From Pirellulales bacterium (lineage in GTDB: Bacteria; Planctomycetota; Planctomycetia; Pirellulales; UBA1268), in the NCBI GenBank assembly GCA_040397545.1, contig JBBAVV010000025.1, forward strand, positions 366 to 64,365: 64,000 bases of DNA, in the 5' to 3' direction. The notes under the pieces are model-generated. The model made no database searches. It saw only the letters and a list, made by a program, of their open reading frames with translations, and was not told the DNA's origin. Position 1 is the first letter of the stretch; the number at the start of each line of letters is the position of its first letter. The position numbers were made by a program, and so were the translations under genes. Positions 1 to 8,505 of this stretch are shown here, one piece after another.

Positions 1-1412
1 CCGACATGGGGCTGTTCGGCGGCCTCCTCGGCTGGGAGGCGACCGATGAGCGCCTTCCCGGCTCGATGCAGACCCTCGCCGACCGCGGTGTGCGGATCCG
101 CATCGAAACGATCGACGCCGGCGACCCTCATCCCAACACCTATCGTCTCACACTCGGCGGGAAGCAAGGCTCGATCTCCCTCCACGCCATCTCCACCGGC
201 GGCGGGATGATCGAGGTCATCCGGCTGGACGGGTTTCAGGTGGCCGTCGGCGGCGATGCGTTCACGACGCTGCTGTGGGTAGACGCTCCGGCGACGCAGC
301 TGCGCGACGAGCTCGCCCTGCGCGAGGAGATCGACGCTGTCCTCGTGCATGAGCGCCAAGCGGACACCACCACGCTGGTCGAGATCCGCTCGGTCACTCC
401 TCTTCCTCCGCCGCTCGTCGCGGCCCTCGGCGGCCGCGCCGATGTCACGCGCGTCCGCGAGCTGGCGCCTGTCCTTCCCGTTCTCTCTCGGCACGACACG
501 GCGGTGCCCTTCTCGACGGCCGCCGATCTGCTTGCCCGCGATGGCGCTGCCGGGAGAGCGCTGTGGCAGCTGGCCATCGAGTATGAGATGGCCCGCGGTG
601 GCCTCGACGAGGCGACGGTGGAAGCGATGATGGTTGAGATCGTTCGGATTCTGCGGCGCTCGATCGCTGCAGGGATCGCCGGCACGACCTATGCCGATCG
701 GGTTCTTGGTTGGCAGTCAGGGGGATTCGATGCGGCCCTCCGGCAGGGAAAACTCCTCGACGGTGGGGCGCTCAACCGGGCGATCCTCTATGTGACGGCG
801 CTGATGGAGATGAAGAGCTCGATGGGGGTGATCGTTGCCATGCCGACAGCGGGGGCGTGCGCGGCGCTGCCTGGCGTCGTCATCGCGCTGGCCGAGGGGA
901 TGGAGCTCGGCGAGGTGGAGATGGCCCGGGCGTTTCTCGCCGCCGGGCTCGTCGGGGCCTTCATCGCCACCGCCTGGACGTTTGCCGCCGAGGTGGGGGG
1001 CTGCCAGGCCGAAGGGGGCGCGGCTGCGGCGATGGCCGCCGCGGCGCTGGTGGGGCTGGCCGGCGGAACGGCCGAGCGGAGCCTCGCCGCGGCGTCGATG
1101 GCCCTCCAAAACATGATCGGCCTGATCTGCGACCCGATCGCCAATCGCGTCGAGGCCCCCTGCCTGGGGAAGAACGTCTCCGCCGCGGCCAATGCCCTGT
1201 CGAGTGCCAACATGGCGCTGGCCGGCTTCGATCCGGTCATCCCGCTCGATGAGGTGATCGCGACCGCCCGTCGCGTTGCCGCACAGATGCCCCGGGAGCT
1301 GCGCTGCACGGCGCTCGGCGGCCTCTCGATCACGCCCACCTCACTGGCGATTGAAGCCCGCCTCGCTGCCGCCCGCACCGGCTGCGGGAGCGGAGGCTGC
1401 GGCTGCCACTGA
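1..1412 (+). CDS. sdaA: L-serine dehydratase, iron-sulfur type, fused beta+alpha domains; 5'-truncated by the window edge
   Basis: ORF 6..1412. The first residues (HPNTYRL, ISTGGGMIEV) match the middle of the SdaAB beta domain. Alpha-domain motifs follow (MPTAGACAALPG, GGCQAEGG, ICDP). The frame is open back to nt 3, so the true start lies upstream of the window. Confidence 0.85.
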   Translation, partial: DMGLFGGLLGWEATDERLPGSMQTLADRGVRIRIETIDAGDPHPNTYRLTLGGKQGSISLHAISTGGGMIEVIRLDGFQVAVGGDAFTTLLWVDAPATQLRDELALREEIDAVLVHERQADTTTLVEIRSVTPLPPPLVAALGGRADVTRVRELAPVLPVLSRHDTAVPFSTAADLLARDGAAGRALWQLAIEYEMARGGLDEATVEAMMVEIVRILRRSIAAGIAGTTYADRVLGWQSGGFDAALRQGKLLDGGALNRAILYVTALMEMKSSMGVIVAMPTAGACAALPGVVIALAEGMELGEVEMARAFLAAGLVGAFIATAWTFAAEVGGCQAEGGAAAAMAAAALVGLAGGTAERSLAAASMALQNMIGLICDPIANRVEAPCLGKNVSAAANALSSANMALAGFDPVIPLDEVIATARRVAAQMPRELRCTALGGLSITPTSLAIEARLAAARTGCGSGGCGCH

Positions 1413-1483
1413 ACGTCACGTCTTTCCGATTCGCTTGCTGCTGATACCGTTCGCCCACCGACCACGCCCTCTGGAAGCCCACG

Positions 1484-2521
1484 ATGAAGAAACCTGCCCG
1501 CGGCCCATCCTCTTCTCCCCCCCCGCACGCCCCGCGGCCTGGGGCGCGGCCGCCGTATCAGAAGCGGCCGGCGGTAGCTAAAGGAGCCGAGGCTGCCGTC
1601 GGAGCGCCGCGACCGGCACCGGCTGGCGCGCCGCGACCGGCACCGGCTGGCGCGCCGCGACCGGCACCAGCCGGCGCAGGACCAAAGCGGGAAGGGAAGG
1701 GGAGGCCGGCGGCAGAGCGTGACGAAGGGGGCGACGGGGCCGAGACGCGGCGCCATGCGTCGAAGTCGGAGCAGAAGGTCCATGGCCTGCGGGCCTGCAC
1801 GGCGCTGTTTGCCAAGCGCCCCGGCGACATCATCCGTGTCTATCTGTCGATCAATCGCAAGCCGACGTTCAAGACGCTCCTCGAATACTGCGTTGTCCAC
1901 CGGCTCGGGTTTCAGTTCGTCGACGACGAGAATCTCCACAAACTCGCCGGCGGGATCCATCACGAGGGGATCGTGATCCTGGCCCGTGAAGCACCGCGGA
2001 TCAGCGTTGACGATTGGCTCGCCGGGATCGCGGCGAAGACGATCGGCGGGCCGTTTCTCCTGCTTGATGGGGTGCAAAACCCGCACAACCTCGGGTCGAT
2101 CCTCCGGTCGGCGGCTCACTTCGGCTGCGGCGGGGTGATCGGTGAGTCGGCCCACCTTCCCCCGCTTTCGGCGGCGTCCTTGCGCGTGGCGGAGGGGGGA
2201 GCGGAGAGCGTGGCGCTGGTTGCGGTGGAAGATCCCGTCGCCACGCTCGCGGCCCTCAAGAAACTCGGGGTGAGGGTCGTGTCGACGACGAGCCGGGCCG
2301 GGACGCCGATCGCGGCGGCTGGGCTGTCGCGGGATGTCGTACTCATCCTCGGGAGCGAAGCAGAAGGGGTCTCGCCCCGGCTCGGTCGGCTGGCCGACCT
2401 GCAGGTGCGGATTCCGGGGAGCGGCGCGGTGCAGAGCCTCAATGTGGCGGTCGCCTGCGGGATCGTCCTGGCCGAAGCCTGTCGGGGAACGGGGGAGCCG
2501 GCCAAGATTTCGCGGAAATGA
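1484..2521 (+). CDS. TrmH/SpoU-family RNA 2'-O-methyltransferase with a Pro/Ala/Arg-rich repeat N-terminus
   Basis: 345-aa ORF. C-terminal SpoU motifs are present (LLLDGVQNPHNLGSILRSA, LILGSEAEG, IPGSGAVQSLNVAVA). The N-terminal ~90 aa are low complexity. Confidence 0.85.
   Translation: MKKPARGPSSSPPPHAPRPGARPPYQKRPAVAKGAEAAVGAPRPAPAGAPRPAPAGAPRPAPAGAGPKREGKGRPAAERDEGGDGAETRRHASKSEQKVHGLRACTALFAKRPGDIIRVYLSINRKPTFKTLLEYCVVHRLGFQFVDDENLHKLAGGIHHEGIVILAREAPRISVDDWLAGIAAKTIGGPFLLLDGVQNPHNLGSILRSAAHFGCGGVIGESAHLPPLSAASLRVAEGGAESVALVAVEDPVATLAALKKLGVRVVSTTSRAGTPIAAAGLSRDVVLILGSEAEGVSPRLGRLADLQVRIPGSGAVQSLNVAVACGIVLAEACRGTGEPAKISRK
1604..1675 (+). repeat. Tandem 24-nt repeat, 3 units, inside the methyltransferase gene
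   Basis: The unit gcgccgcgaccggcaccggctggc occurs at 1604-1627 and 1628-1651. A variant third unit is at 1652-1675. It encodes (APRPAPAG)x3 in frame. Confidence 0.95.
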
Positions 2522-2770
2522 AACGTGGCGGTGGCAGGGCAGGCGTGGTAAGATCCGCATCAGCGAAGTGACAAAGGTGCGATCGGCCACCGCGCGACAG
2601 ATCGAGTGAGGCTCCGGGGCGAGGCAGTTCAGTGCCCGCCAATCCCAGTTTGGGGGAGTTCTCCGGAAAGTGATCTGTCGGCCCGCGGTTCGATCGATGA
2701 TTCTTCTGACACACACGCCGTGGCCGGCACGAGTTGCCTGGCGGCTTCCCGTGGAAACACCGGATGCCGT

Positions 2771-2840
2771 CGGCACGAAACAGCCGTTCGACCGCGGTTG
2801 AACATCACCCCCTTCGCTCCCCGCGGCCTGTTTCGTGCCG
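2771..2840 (+). promoter_or_regulatory. Long hairpin in the ~480-nt leader of the DEAD-box helicase gene
   Basis: cggcacgaaacag (2771-2783) is the exact reverse complement of ctgtttcgtgccg (2828-2840). An inner ccgcgg/ccgcgg pairing is possible at 2793-2798 and 2821-2826. Confidence 0.4.
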
Positions 2841-3002
2841 CGGGAACCGCTCCCTCCGGGAGTCGGTGGGCTTTTGTGTGTCGGCGATTCCGGATCACCA
2901 CAGTGTGATTCCGTCGCCCCATCCTTTGAGCCTGCACCTGTCGGTCGCGATCGACCGATCCCGGCAAGCGGAGATTCCAGCATCCAGCACAGGACCGCTT
3001 CC

Positions 3003-4655
3003 ATGCAGAAAGACCATTCCAGGATGACGACGACGACCAAAGACCACGCTCCCGCCCCGGCCGCGGCCAACCACCAGACCGATCACCACGCCCAGCCGCG
3101 CGCGGAGCGGGCCCCCCACGACCGGCGCGAGTCCCACGACAAGCACCATGAGGAAGTGGGCCGCGACGGGGGGGATGTCTCGGCCTTTGCCGCGCTCGGC
3201 CTCTCCGAGCCACTCCTGCGGGCCCTCGCCCACGAGGGCTACACGACGCCGACGCCGATCCAAACCAAGGCGATGCCGCACGTCCTCGCCGGGCGCGATC
3301 TGTTCGGCTGTGCGCAGACCGGCACCGGCAAGACGGCGGCCTTCGCGTTGCCGCTCATCGAGCGGCTCATGAACGACCGGCGGCCGGCCGCGCCGAAGCA
3401 CTGCCGGATCCTCGTTCTCGCGCCGACGCGCGAGCTCGCCGGGCAGATCCACGACAGCTTCAAAGTCTACGGCCGCCACGCCCACCTCAAGAGCGCGGTG
3501 ATCTACGGCGGCGTCAACCAGAATCCCCAGGCCAGCGCCGTGGCCCGTGGCGTCGATGTCCTCGTGGCGACGCCGGGGCGGCTCCTCGATCTCATCGGGC
3601 AACGGCTCCTCGAGATCAAGACGGTCGAGTATCTCGTCCTCGACGAGGCCGATCGGATGCTCGACATGGGATTCATCCATGACGTTCGCCGGATCGTGGG
3701 GATGCTGCCCCGCCAGCGGCAGACGCTCTTCTTCTCGGCGACGCTGCCGGCGGAGGTCCGCGACCTTGCCGACACGATGCTCCGCGATCCGCTCGAGGTG
3801 AAGACGACCCCGCAGGCGACCACCGCCGAGACGGTGGCCCAGTCGGTGTTCCACATCCCCCAGAAGCAGAAGCGATCGCTTCTCGTCCATCTCCTCCAGA
3901 CCGGCGGGATGGGGCGGGTGATCGTGTTCACGCGGACGAAGCGCGGCGCCAACAAGCTCGCCCAGGATCTCGAGAAAGCCGGCGTGCGGGCGGCGGCGAT
4001 CCATGGCAACAAGAGCCAAAACCAGCGCGAGAAGGCCCTCGCCGATTTCAAGTCGCCGCGGCCGCCGGTGCTCATCGCCACCGACATCGCGGCCCGCGGC
4101 ATCGACGTCGACGAGGTGAGCCATGTCGTCAACTACGAGCTGCCTCACGAGCCCGAGACCTACGTCCACCGTATCGGCCGCACCGGCCGGGCCGGGCTGA
4201 CGGGCGAGGCGGTGAGCTTCTGTGACCGCGAGGAAGAGGATCTTCTCGAGGCGATCGAGCGGCTCTTGCGCCGCCGGATTCCGGTCCGCAACGATCTGCC
4301 CGCCGATCTCCCGAAGGTGGAGAGCGCTTCGGGCGGCCGTGATTCCGGTGAGCGGTCGGGTGGCGGCGGCCGGGGCCGGGGTCGGCCCGGTCAACGCCGC
4401 AGTTCGGAAGGGAGCAGCCGCTCCGGTGGCGCTCGTTCGGGGGGCTCTCGGTCTTCCGGCGGGCGCGCGGGCGCGGCACGCTCCGGCGGTCGTCGTTCGG
4501 GCGGTGGTGGCAGTGGTAACGCTGGCCAGGCCGCCGCAGGCCCGGCACCGGCGTTCCGCGAAGTGACCGGCGGCGATGGCAGTTCCACAGCCCCGCGGCC
4601 GGCTCCGACAGGGGGGGCGGCGAAGGTCAACCGCCGCTACCGCCGGGCGCTGTGA
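3003..4655 (+). CDS. DEAD-box ATP-dependent RNA helicase (RhlE-like) with an Arg/Gly/Ser-rich C-terminal tail
   Basis: Motifs present: Q motif (GYTTPTPIQ), AQTGTGKT, PTRELA, LVLDEADRM, SAT, HRIGRTGRAG. The ORF opens at 2835, but the conserved core and the first ATG (3003, MQKDH) suggest the shorter start. Confidence 0.9.
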   Translation: MQKDHSRMTTTTKDHAPAPAAANHQTDHHAQPRAERAPHDRRESHDKHHEEVGRDGGDVSAFAALGLSEPLLRALAHEGYTTPTPIQTKAMPHVLAGRDLFGCAQTGTGKTAAFALPLIERLMNDRRPAAPKHCRILVLAPTRELAGQIHDSFKVYGRHAHLKSAVIYGGVNQNPQASAVARGVDVLVATPGRLLDLIGQRLLEIKTVEYLVLDEADRMLDMGFIHDVRRIVGMLPRQRQTLFFSATLPAEVRDLADTMLRDPLEVKTTPQATTAETVAQSVFHIPQKQKRSLLVHLLQTGGMGRVIVFTRTKRGANKLAQDLEKAGVRAAAIHGNKSQNQREKALADFKSPRPPVLIATDIAARGIDVDEVSHVVNYELPHEPETYVHRIGRTGRAGLTGEAVSFCDREEEDLLEAIERLLRRRIPVRNDLPADLPKVESASGGRDSGERSGGGGRGRGRPGQRRSSEGSSRSGGARSGGSRSSGGRAGAARSGGRRSGGGGSGNAGQAAAGPAPAFREVTGGDGSSTAPRPAPTGGAAKVNRRYRRAL

Positions 4656-4697
4656 CGCGCTTACGACGGGCGTCGCTGAAACGACTCGACTGATCAA

Positions 4698-4740
4698 GAG
4701 CGGCCCGCGGGATGTTTTCCGCGGGCCGCTCGCTTTTTCT
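4698..4740 (+). terminator. Rho-independent terminator after the helicase gene
   Basis: A perfect 13-bp stem joins gagcggcccgcgg (4698-4710) and ccgcgggccgctc (4719-4731). The loop is 8 nt, followed by gcttttt. Confidence 0.8.
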
Positions 4741-4874
4741 GGCACGTCTTGCGGAGAAAGTCTCGTCGCCAGCGCCTCAGGCTCGGCTTTCGTCCGAGCG
4801 CGGGGCCAGGGTAGGGTGCTTTCGGAGAGTGGCCCGGCCGACATTCGGTCCGTCTTCCCGGAGGCTCGTTTACC

Positions 4875-5462
4875 GTGGCCATCGAGCTCAAGCCCTTTTC
4901 CTGGCAGAGGATGATCGAGGCCGTGCAAGCCGTTCGCGATCGGGCGCTGCGGGCCACCGCCGCCCTGGAGAAAGCCGGGATCCCCTAGGCCGTCGCCGGC
5001 GACAATGCGGTCGCCGCGTGGGTCGCGCGTGTCGATCGGGCCGCCGTCCGCAACACGCAGGATGTCGACATCCTCGTCTGTCGCAGCGACCTGCCCGCCA
5101 TTGCAACGGCACTTGAAGGAGTGGGCTTCGTGCACGCCACCGTGATGGAGGTGGAGTGTTTCCTCGACGGCCTCCAGGGGAGCCCGCGCGACGCGCTTCA
5201 CCTCCTCTTTGCCAATGAAAAAGTCCGCGACAGCTATCCGCTCCCCACGGCCGATGTCACCGAGCAGGTGGCGGCGGATGACTATAAAAGAGTGACGCTC
5301 GAGGCGCTGGTGCGGATGAAGCTGAACTCGTATCGCCGCAAAGACCAGATCCACCTTCTCGATCTGGTGTCCCTCGGCCTCATCGACGCCTCGTGGCTCC
5401 CCAGCCTCGTCCCCGAGCACGCCGCCCGGCTTCAGCAGCTCATCGACGATCCCGACGGGTGA
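4875..5462 (+). pseudogene. Nucleotidyltransferase-family protein interrupted by one in-frame TAG
   Basis: A single frame reads (V)AIELKPFSWQRMIEAVQAVRDRALRATAALEKAGIP*AVAGDNAVAAWVARVD..DVDILV.., continuing into ORF 5121..5462. The TAG is at 4986-4988, where homologues I recall have Tyr (IPYAV.GG). Confidence 0.7.
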
Positions 5463-5718
5463 GCGCCTGGTGAATGCCCGATGTGGCCGCCGCACGCGCC
5501 CCTGCTGTCCGTGGGAAAAGTCCTCCCTGCCTTTTTCCACCCGGTCGACCGCAGGAAACGCCAATCGTCCCTTTGGGAGGGGCCCTTCCACCTGTCGACC
5601 GAGCGGGCCGTCTTCGGTCTAGGGGGCATGGATGGCTTTGTCCACAGCCAACGAAGCCAGGCAGGGTTCTCTCCGCATGCGTTCTTGTTTCATCGCGAAT
5701 TCGGGACCCCGTAGCCTT

Positions 5719-5747
5719 GCCGTCATTTTTCCGGTATAAATGACGGC
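5719..5747. promoter_or_regulatory. Perfect 10-bp inverted repeat abutting the ATPase start codon
   Basis: gccgtcattt (5719-5728) and aaatgacggc (5738-5747) flank a 9-nt loop. ATG 5748 follows immediately, and the loop/stem holds a tataaa-like stretch. Confidence 0.4.
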
Positions 5748-6920
5748 ATGGTTGATACGCGGCCATATGTTCGCATCCTCATGCCTCCTCGGGCGAGGAG
5801 TTTCTTTCTGTTTGGCATGCGTGGCTCGGGAAAAAGCACCTGGGCGCGGAGCATGATTCCGGACGCCCACCGGATCGATCTGCTCGACGAGCGGCTCTAT
5901 CAGTCGTTCCTGCGCGAGCCGGGCCTTTTTGCCAACGAATTGCGCACGCTGCCCCGCCGGGCGACCGTCGTCGTCGACGAGATCCAGCGGATTCCGGGGT
6001 TGCTCAATGAGGTGCACCGCTTCATCGAGGACCGACAGATGCGGTTTGTCCTCCTCGGGTCGAGTGCCCGTAAGCTGAAGCAGGCCGGCACGAATCTCCT
6101 CGCCGGCCGGGCGCTCCACCGGCAGATGTTTCCGCTTCTTCCGCGTGAGCTGGGGGCCGATTTTGATCTCGCCGAGGTGCTCCGCCATGGGAGCCTGCCG
6201 GTGATCTGGACCGCACCCGACCGGCGTGAGGCCCTCGAGGCCTATGGGCAGATGTATCTCAAGGAAGAGATCCAGGCCGAGTCGCTCGTCCGCAATCTTC
6301 CCGGCTTCGCCAGGTTTCTCCCGGTGGCGGCGGTTTTTCATGGCCAGGTGCTTTCCGTGGCGGGGCTCGCGCGGGATGCCGGCGTGGCCCGTACGACGGT
6401 CGAGGGCTATCTCGGCATCCTTGCCGACACGCATCTGGCCTGGCTCCTGCCGGGATTCGAAGCGCGGCTGCGGGTCAAGGAACGACGGCATCCGAAGCTC
6501 TATTTTGTCGATAGCGGCGTCGTGCGGGCTGTGAAGCGGGAGTTTCATCCCCCCACGGCCGCCGAGCGGGGGCCGCTCTTCGAGGGATGGATTGGGCAAC
6601 TGCTCCGTGCTTATGGCGAGCCTGCCAGCGGTACGGGCCATCCCTTCGACGGCTTGTGGTATTGGGCGCCGACGGAGGGGCAGATCGAGGTCGACTTCCT
6701 CATCCAGGCAGGCAAACGGTTTACAGCCGTGGAAGCGAAGGCGAAGATGTCGCTTGTTTCCAGAGATTTCGCCGGACTGCGGGCGATCGACGGGCTTGCG
6801 GGGCTGGGGCGAAGGGTCATCGTCTATCTCGGCGATCGACCGCAGCGCACCGAGGACGGCATCGACGTCCTTCCGGTGGCGGCGTTTCTCGCCGCCCTCG
6901 ACGATCACCGCCTCTGGTGA
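5748..6920 (+). CDS. AAA-family ATPase with a DUF4143-like C-terminal domain
   Basis: 390-aa ORF. Walker A is GMRGSGKST and Walker B is VVVDEIQ. The arrangement is typical of standalone AAA_14 plus DUF4143 ATPases. Confidence 0.85.
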   Translation: MVDTRPYVRILMPPRARSFFLFGMRGSGKSTWARSMIPDAHRIDLLDERLYQSFLREPGLFANELRTLPRRATVVVDEIQRIPGLLNEVHRFIEDRQMRFVLLGSSARKLKQAGTNLLAGRALHRQMFPLLPRELGADFDLAEVLRHGSLPVIWTAPDRREALEAYGQMYLKEEIQAESLVRNLPGFARFLPVAAVFHGQVLSVAGLARDAGVARTTVEGYLGILADTHLAWLLPGFEARLRVKERRHPKLYFVDSGVVRAVKREFHPPTAAERGPLFEGWIGQLLRAYGEPASGTGHPFDGLWYWAPTEGQIEVDFLIQAGKRFTAVEAKAKMSLVSRDFAGLRAIDGLAGLGRRVIVYLGDRPQRTEDGIDVLPVAAFLAALDDHRLW

Positions 6921-6943
6921 GAGAAGATCCTCGCGACCGCCCG

Positions 6944-6993
6944 CTCGGCCTCATCGTCGCCTCGTGGCTTCCCTGGCTTGTTCCTGAGCACGG
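6944..6993 (+). pseudogene. Orphan fragment homologous to the 3' end of the nucleotidyltransferase gene
   Basis: 6944-6993 matches 5373-5422 at 42 of 50 nt by hand alignment. It translates as LGLIVASWLPWLVPEH, against LGLIDASWLPSLVPEH in the upstream gene. Confidence 0.7.
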
Positions 6994-7072
6994 AGCTGAC
7001 AGGGAGCATCACCAGCGGTCGGAGTGGCGGGAGGGTTTCGAGCGGCGGGATGGGGCCCCGATAAAACTGGCG

Positions 7073-7102
7073 TTGACAGAATACGGAAGTGCGTTTTCAA
7101 AT
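7073..7102 (+). promoter_or_regulatory. Candidate sigma-70-like promoter for the metalloprotease gene
   Basis: TTGACA at 7073-7078, then a 17-18 nt spacer, then ttcaaa/tcaaat at 7096-7102. A strong RBS (GGAGGTG, 7132-7138) precedes ATG 7145. Confidence 0.35.
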
Positions 7103-7144
7103 TAGATCGTCTGAGAAGGCTCTTCACGCTCTGGAGGTGAAAAA

Positions 7145-8359
7145 ATGGTAGCGCAGACCGTTGGCGTTTCTAAACCACGATTCATCGACCGTGAGCCTCC
7201 CTCGATCGGTGTGGCGAACTGGGCAGGGCGTCGGGCCCGCGTCGGGTGGGCGGTGGCCCTGCTGGTCTTGATCCTCGGCACTATCGCCCCTCCATCTGCC
7301 ACCGCGGCGACGCTCAAGTTTTCCTTCACCCCCGTCGGCGCGCTTGCCACCCTCCAGACATCGAATCCGACGCTCTACGGAAATGTGACCGGAGGATTCA
7401 CCACCGCCGGTAACATCTGGGCGGGATATTTTCACGACGACATGACGCTCAACGTCAACATCGACTATCCCTCCCTCGGAGCCGGAACGCTCGGATCGAC
7501 GAATATCGAGACACTGGGATACTACTACGCCGATGTTCGGACCGCGCTCCAGCTCGACCGAACGTCGGTCGACGATTTCCTGGCGGCGTCCAATCTGCCA
7601 TCGGGACCGTACCTGTCGTTTCTCACCAACGACGCGTCGACCGGCGTGCTCGTGGTTGATGACAACGACACCGGTAATAATGCCGTCCTCGAGGTCCCCC
7701 GGGCCAATGCCAAGGCGCTCGGGTTCACTTACGAGGGCCTTATTGCCCCCAACGATGCCGCCCTCGATGCCTCGATCAGCTTCAGCAGCGACTTCGACTG
7801 GGATTTCGATCGTTCCGACGGCATCAGCTCCGGCACGTTCGATTTTGTCGGTGTCGCCATTCACGAGATCGGCCATGCGATGGGCTTTTTGAGCGGGGTC
7901 GACTACGTCGATTTTTACTCGGCGCCGTACGGCGTCTTCTCGGTAGACCTCGATCCCTACCGGGTGTTCACCGTTCTCGATCTCTACCGGCACGGGGCCC
8001 GCAATGGCGGCGGCCTCGATTTCGCCACCGATGGCACCGGGTCCGACAACCCTTATTTTTCCCTCGACGGCGGGGCCACCGCGCTTGGAACCTTCTCCAC
8101 TGGGTCGTACAACGGCGATGGCCGTCAGGCGAGCCACTGGAAAGACAATCTCGGTCTCGGGATCCTCGATCCAACCTTTGCTCCGGGTGAGTTGGGAATT
8201 ATCAGTGCGCTCGACGTGCGGGCGTTCGACGCGATCGGGTATGACGTGGTCGTCGTTCCCGAGATCGACCCGGCCGGTTTCGGAAGCGCCCTGGCGCTCG
8301 CGCTCGGCGCGCTCGGGATGATCAAGCGGCAGGGGCAGATGGCCAGCGCCAGCGTCTGA
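7145..8359 (+). CDS. Secreted zinc metalloprotease with a PEP-CTERM-type C-terminal sorting signal (resembles the NF038122 metalloprotease family)
   Basis: It has an N-terminal signal/TM segment and the HExxH motif AIHEIGHAMGF. The C-terminus reads VPEIDPAGFGSALALALGALGMIKRQG (PEP motif, hydrophobic helix, basic residues). A strong RBS lies upstream. Confidence 0.85.
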   Translation: MVAQTVGVSKPRFIDREPPSIGVANWAGRRARVGWAVALLVLILGTIAPPSATAATLKFSFTPVGALATLQTSNPTLYGNVTGGFTTAGNIWAGYFHDDMTLNVNIDYPSLGAGTLGSTNIETLGYYYADVRTALQLDRTSVDDFLAASNLPSGPYLSFLTNDASTGVLVVDDNDTGNNAVLEVPRANAKALGFTYEGLIAPNDAALDASISFSSDFDWDFDRSDGISSGTFDFVGVAIHEIGHAMGFLSGVDYVDFYSAPYGVFSVDLDPYRVFTVLDLYRHGARNGGGLDFATDGTGSDNPYFSLDGGATALGTFSTGSYNGDGRQASHWKDNLGLGILDPTFAPGELGIISALDVRAFDAIGYDVVVVPEIDPAGFGSALALALGALGMIKRQGQMASASV

Positions 8360-8380
8360 TGGCCAGCGCCAGCGTCTGAT
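8339..8380 (+). repeat. 20-nt tandem duplication spanning the metalloprotease stop codon
   Basis: atggccagcgccagcgtctg occurs at 8339-8358 and again at 8359-8378. The TGA at 8357-8359 is formed at the junction. Confidence 0.95.
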
Positions 8381-8405
8381 CGTGGTCCGAAGATTCCAAG
8401 GCCGG

Positions 8406-8442
8406 GGGGAGCAGGGCTGACGTTGCTCCCCTCGGTTTTTTT
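8406..8442 (+). terminator. Rho-independent terminator after the metalloprotease gene
   Basis: An 8-bp stem joins ggggagca (8406-8413) and tgctcccc (8424-8431). The loop is 10 nt, and a T7 run follows at 8436-8442. Confidence 0.75.
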
Positions 8443-8505
8443 CCAGTGGAGGCGTAAGCCCCTCGTCATGTGCCGTCGGCCTGCCGCTGCTCCGGCGGGC
8501 CCGCT

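Noticed and set aside
1604-1675. Short identical direct repeats that might be a CRISPR-like array.
   Set aside because: The units are contiguous with no spacers. They lie in frame inside a coding region and encode a peptide repeat.
2670-2700. A ggttcgatc string resembling a tRNA T-loop in the helicase leader.
   Set aside because: There is no complementary T-stem, acceptor stem or anticodon arm around it.
5481-5714. A 77-aa ORF in the gap between the nucleotidyltransferase pseudogene and the ATPase.
   Set aside because: It has no motif, no RBS and no recognisable family. It competes with equally long ORFs on the opposite strand.
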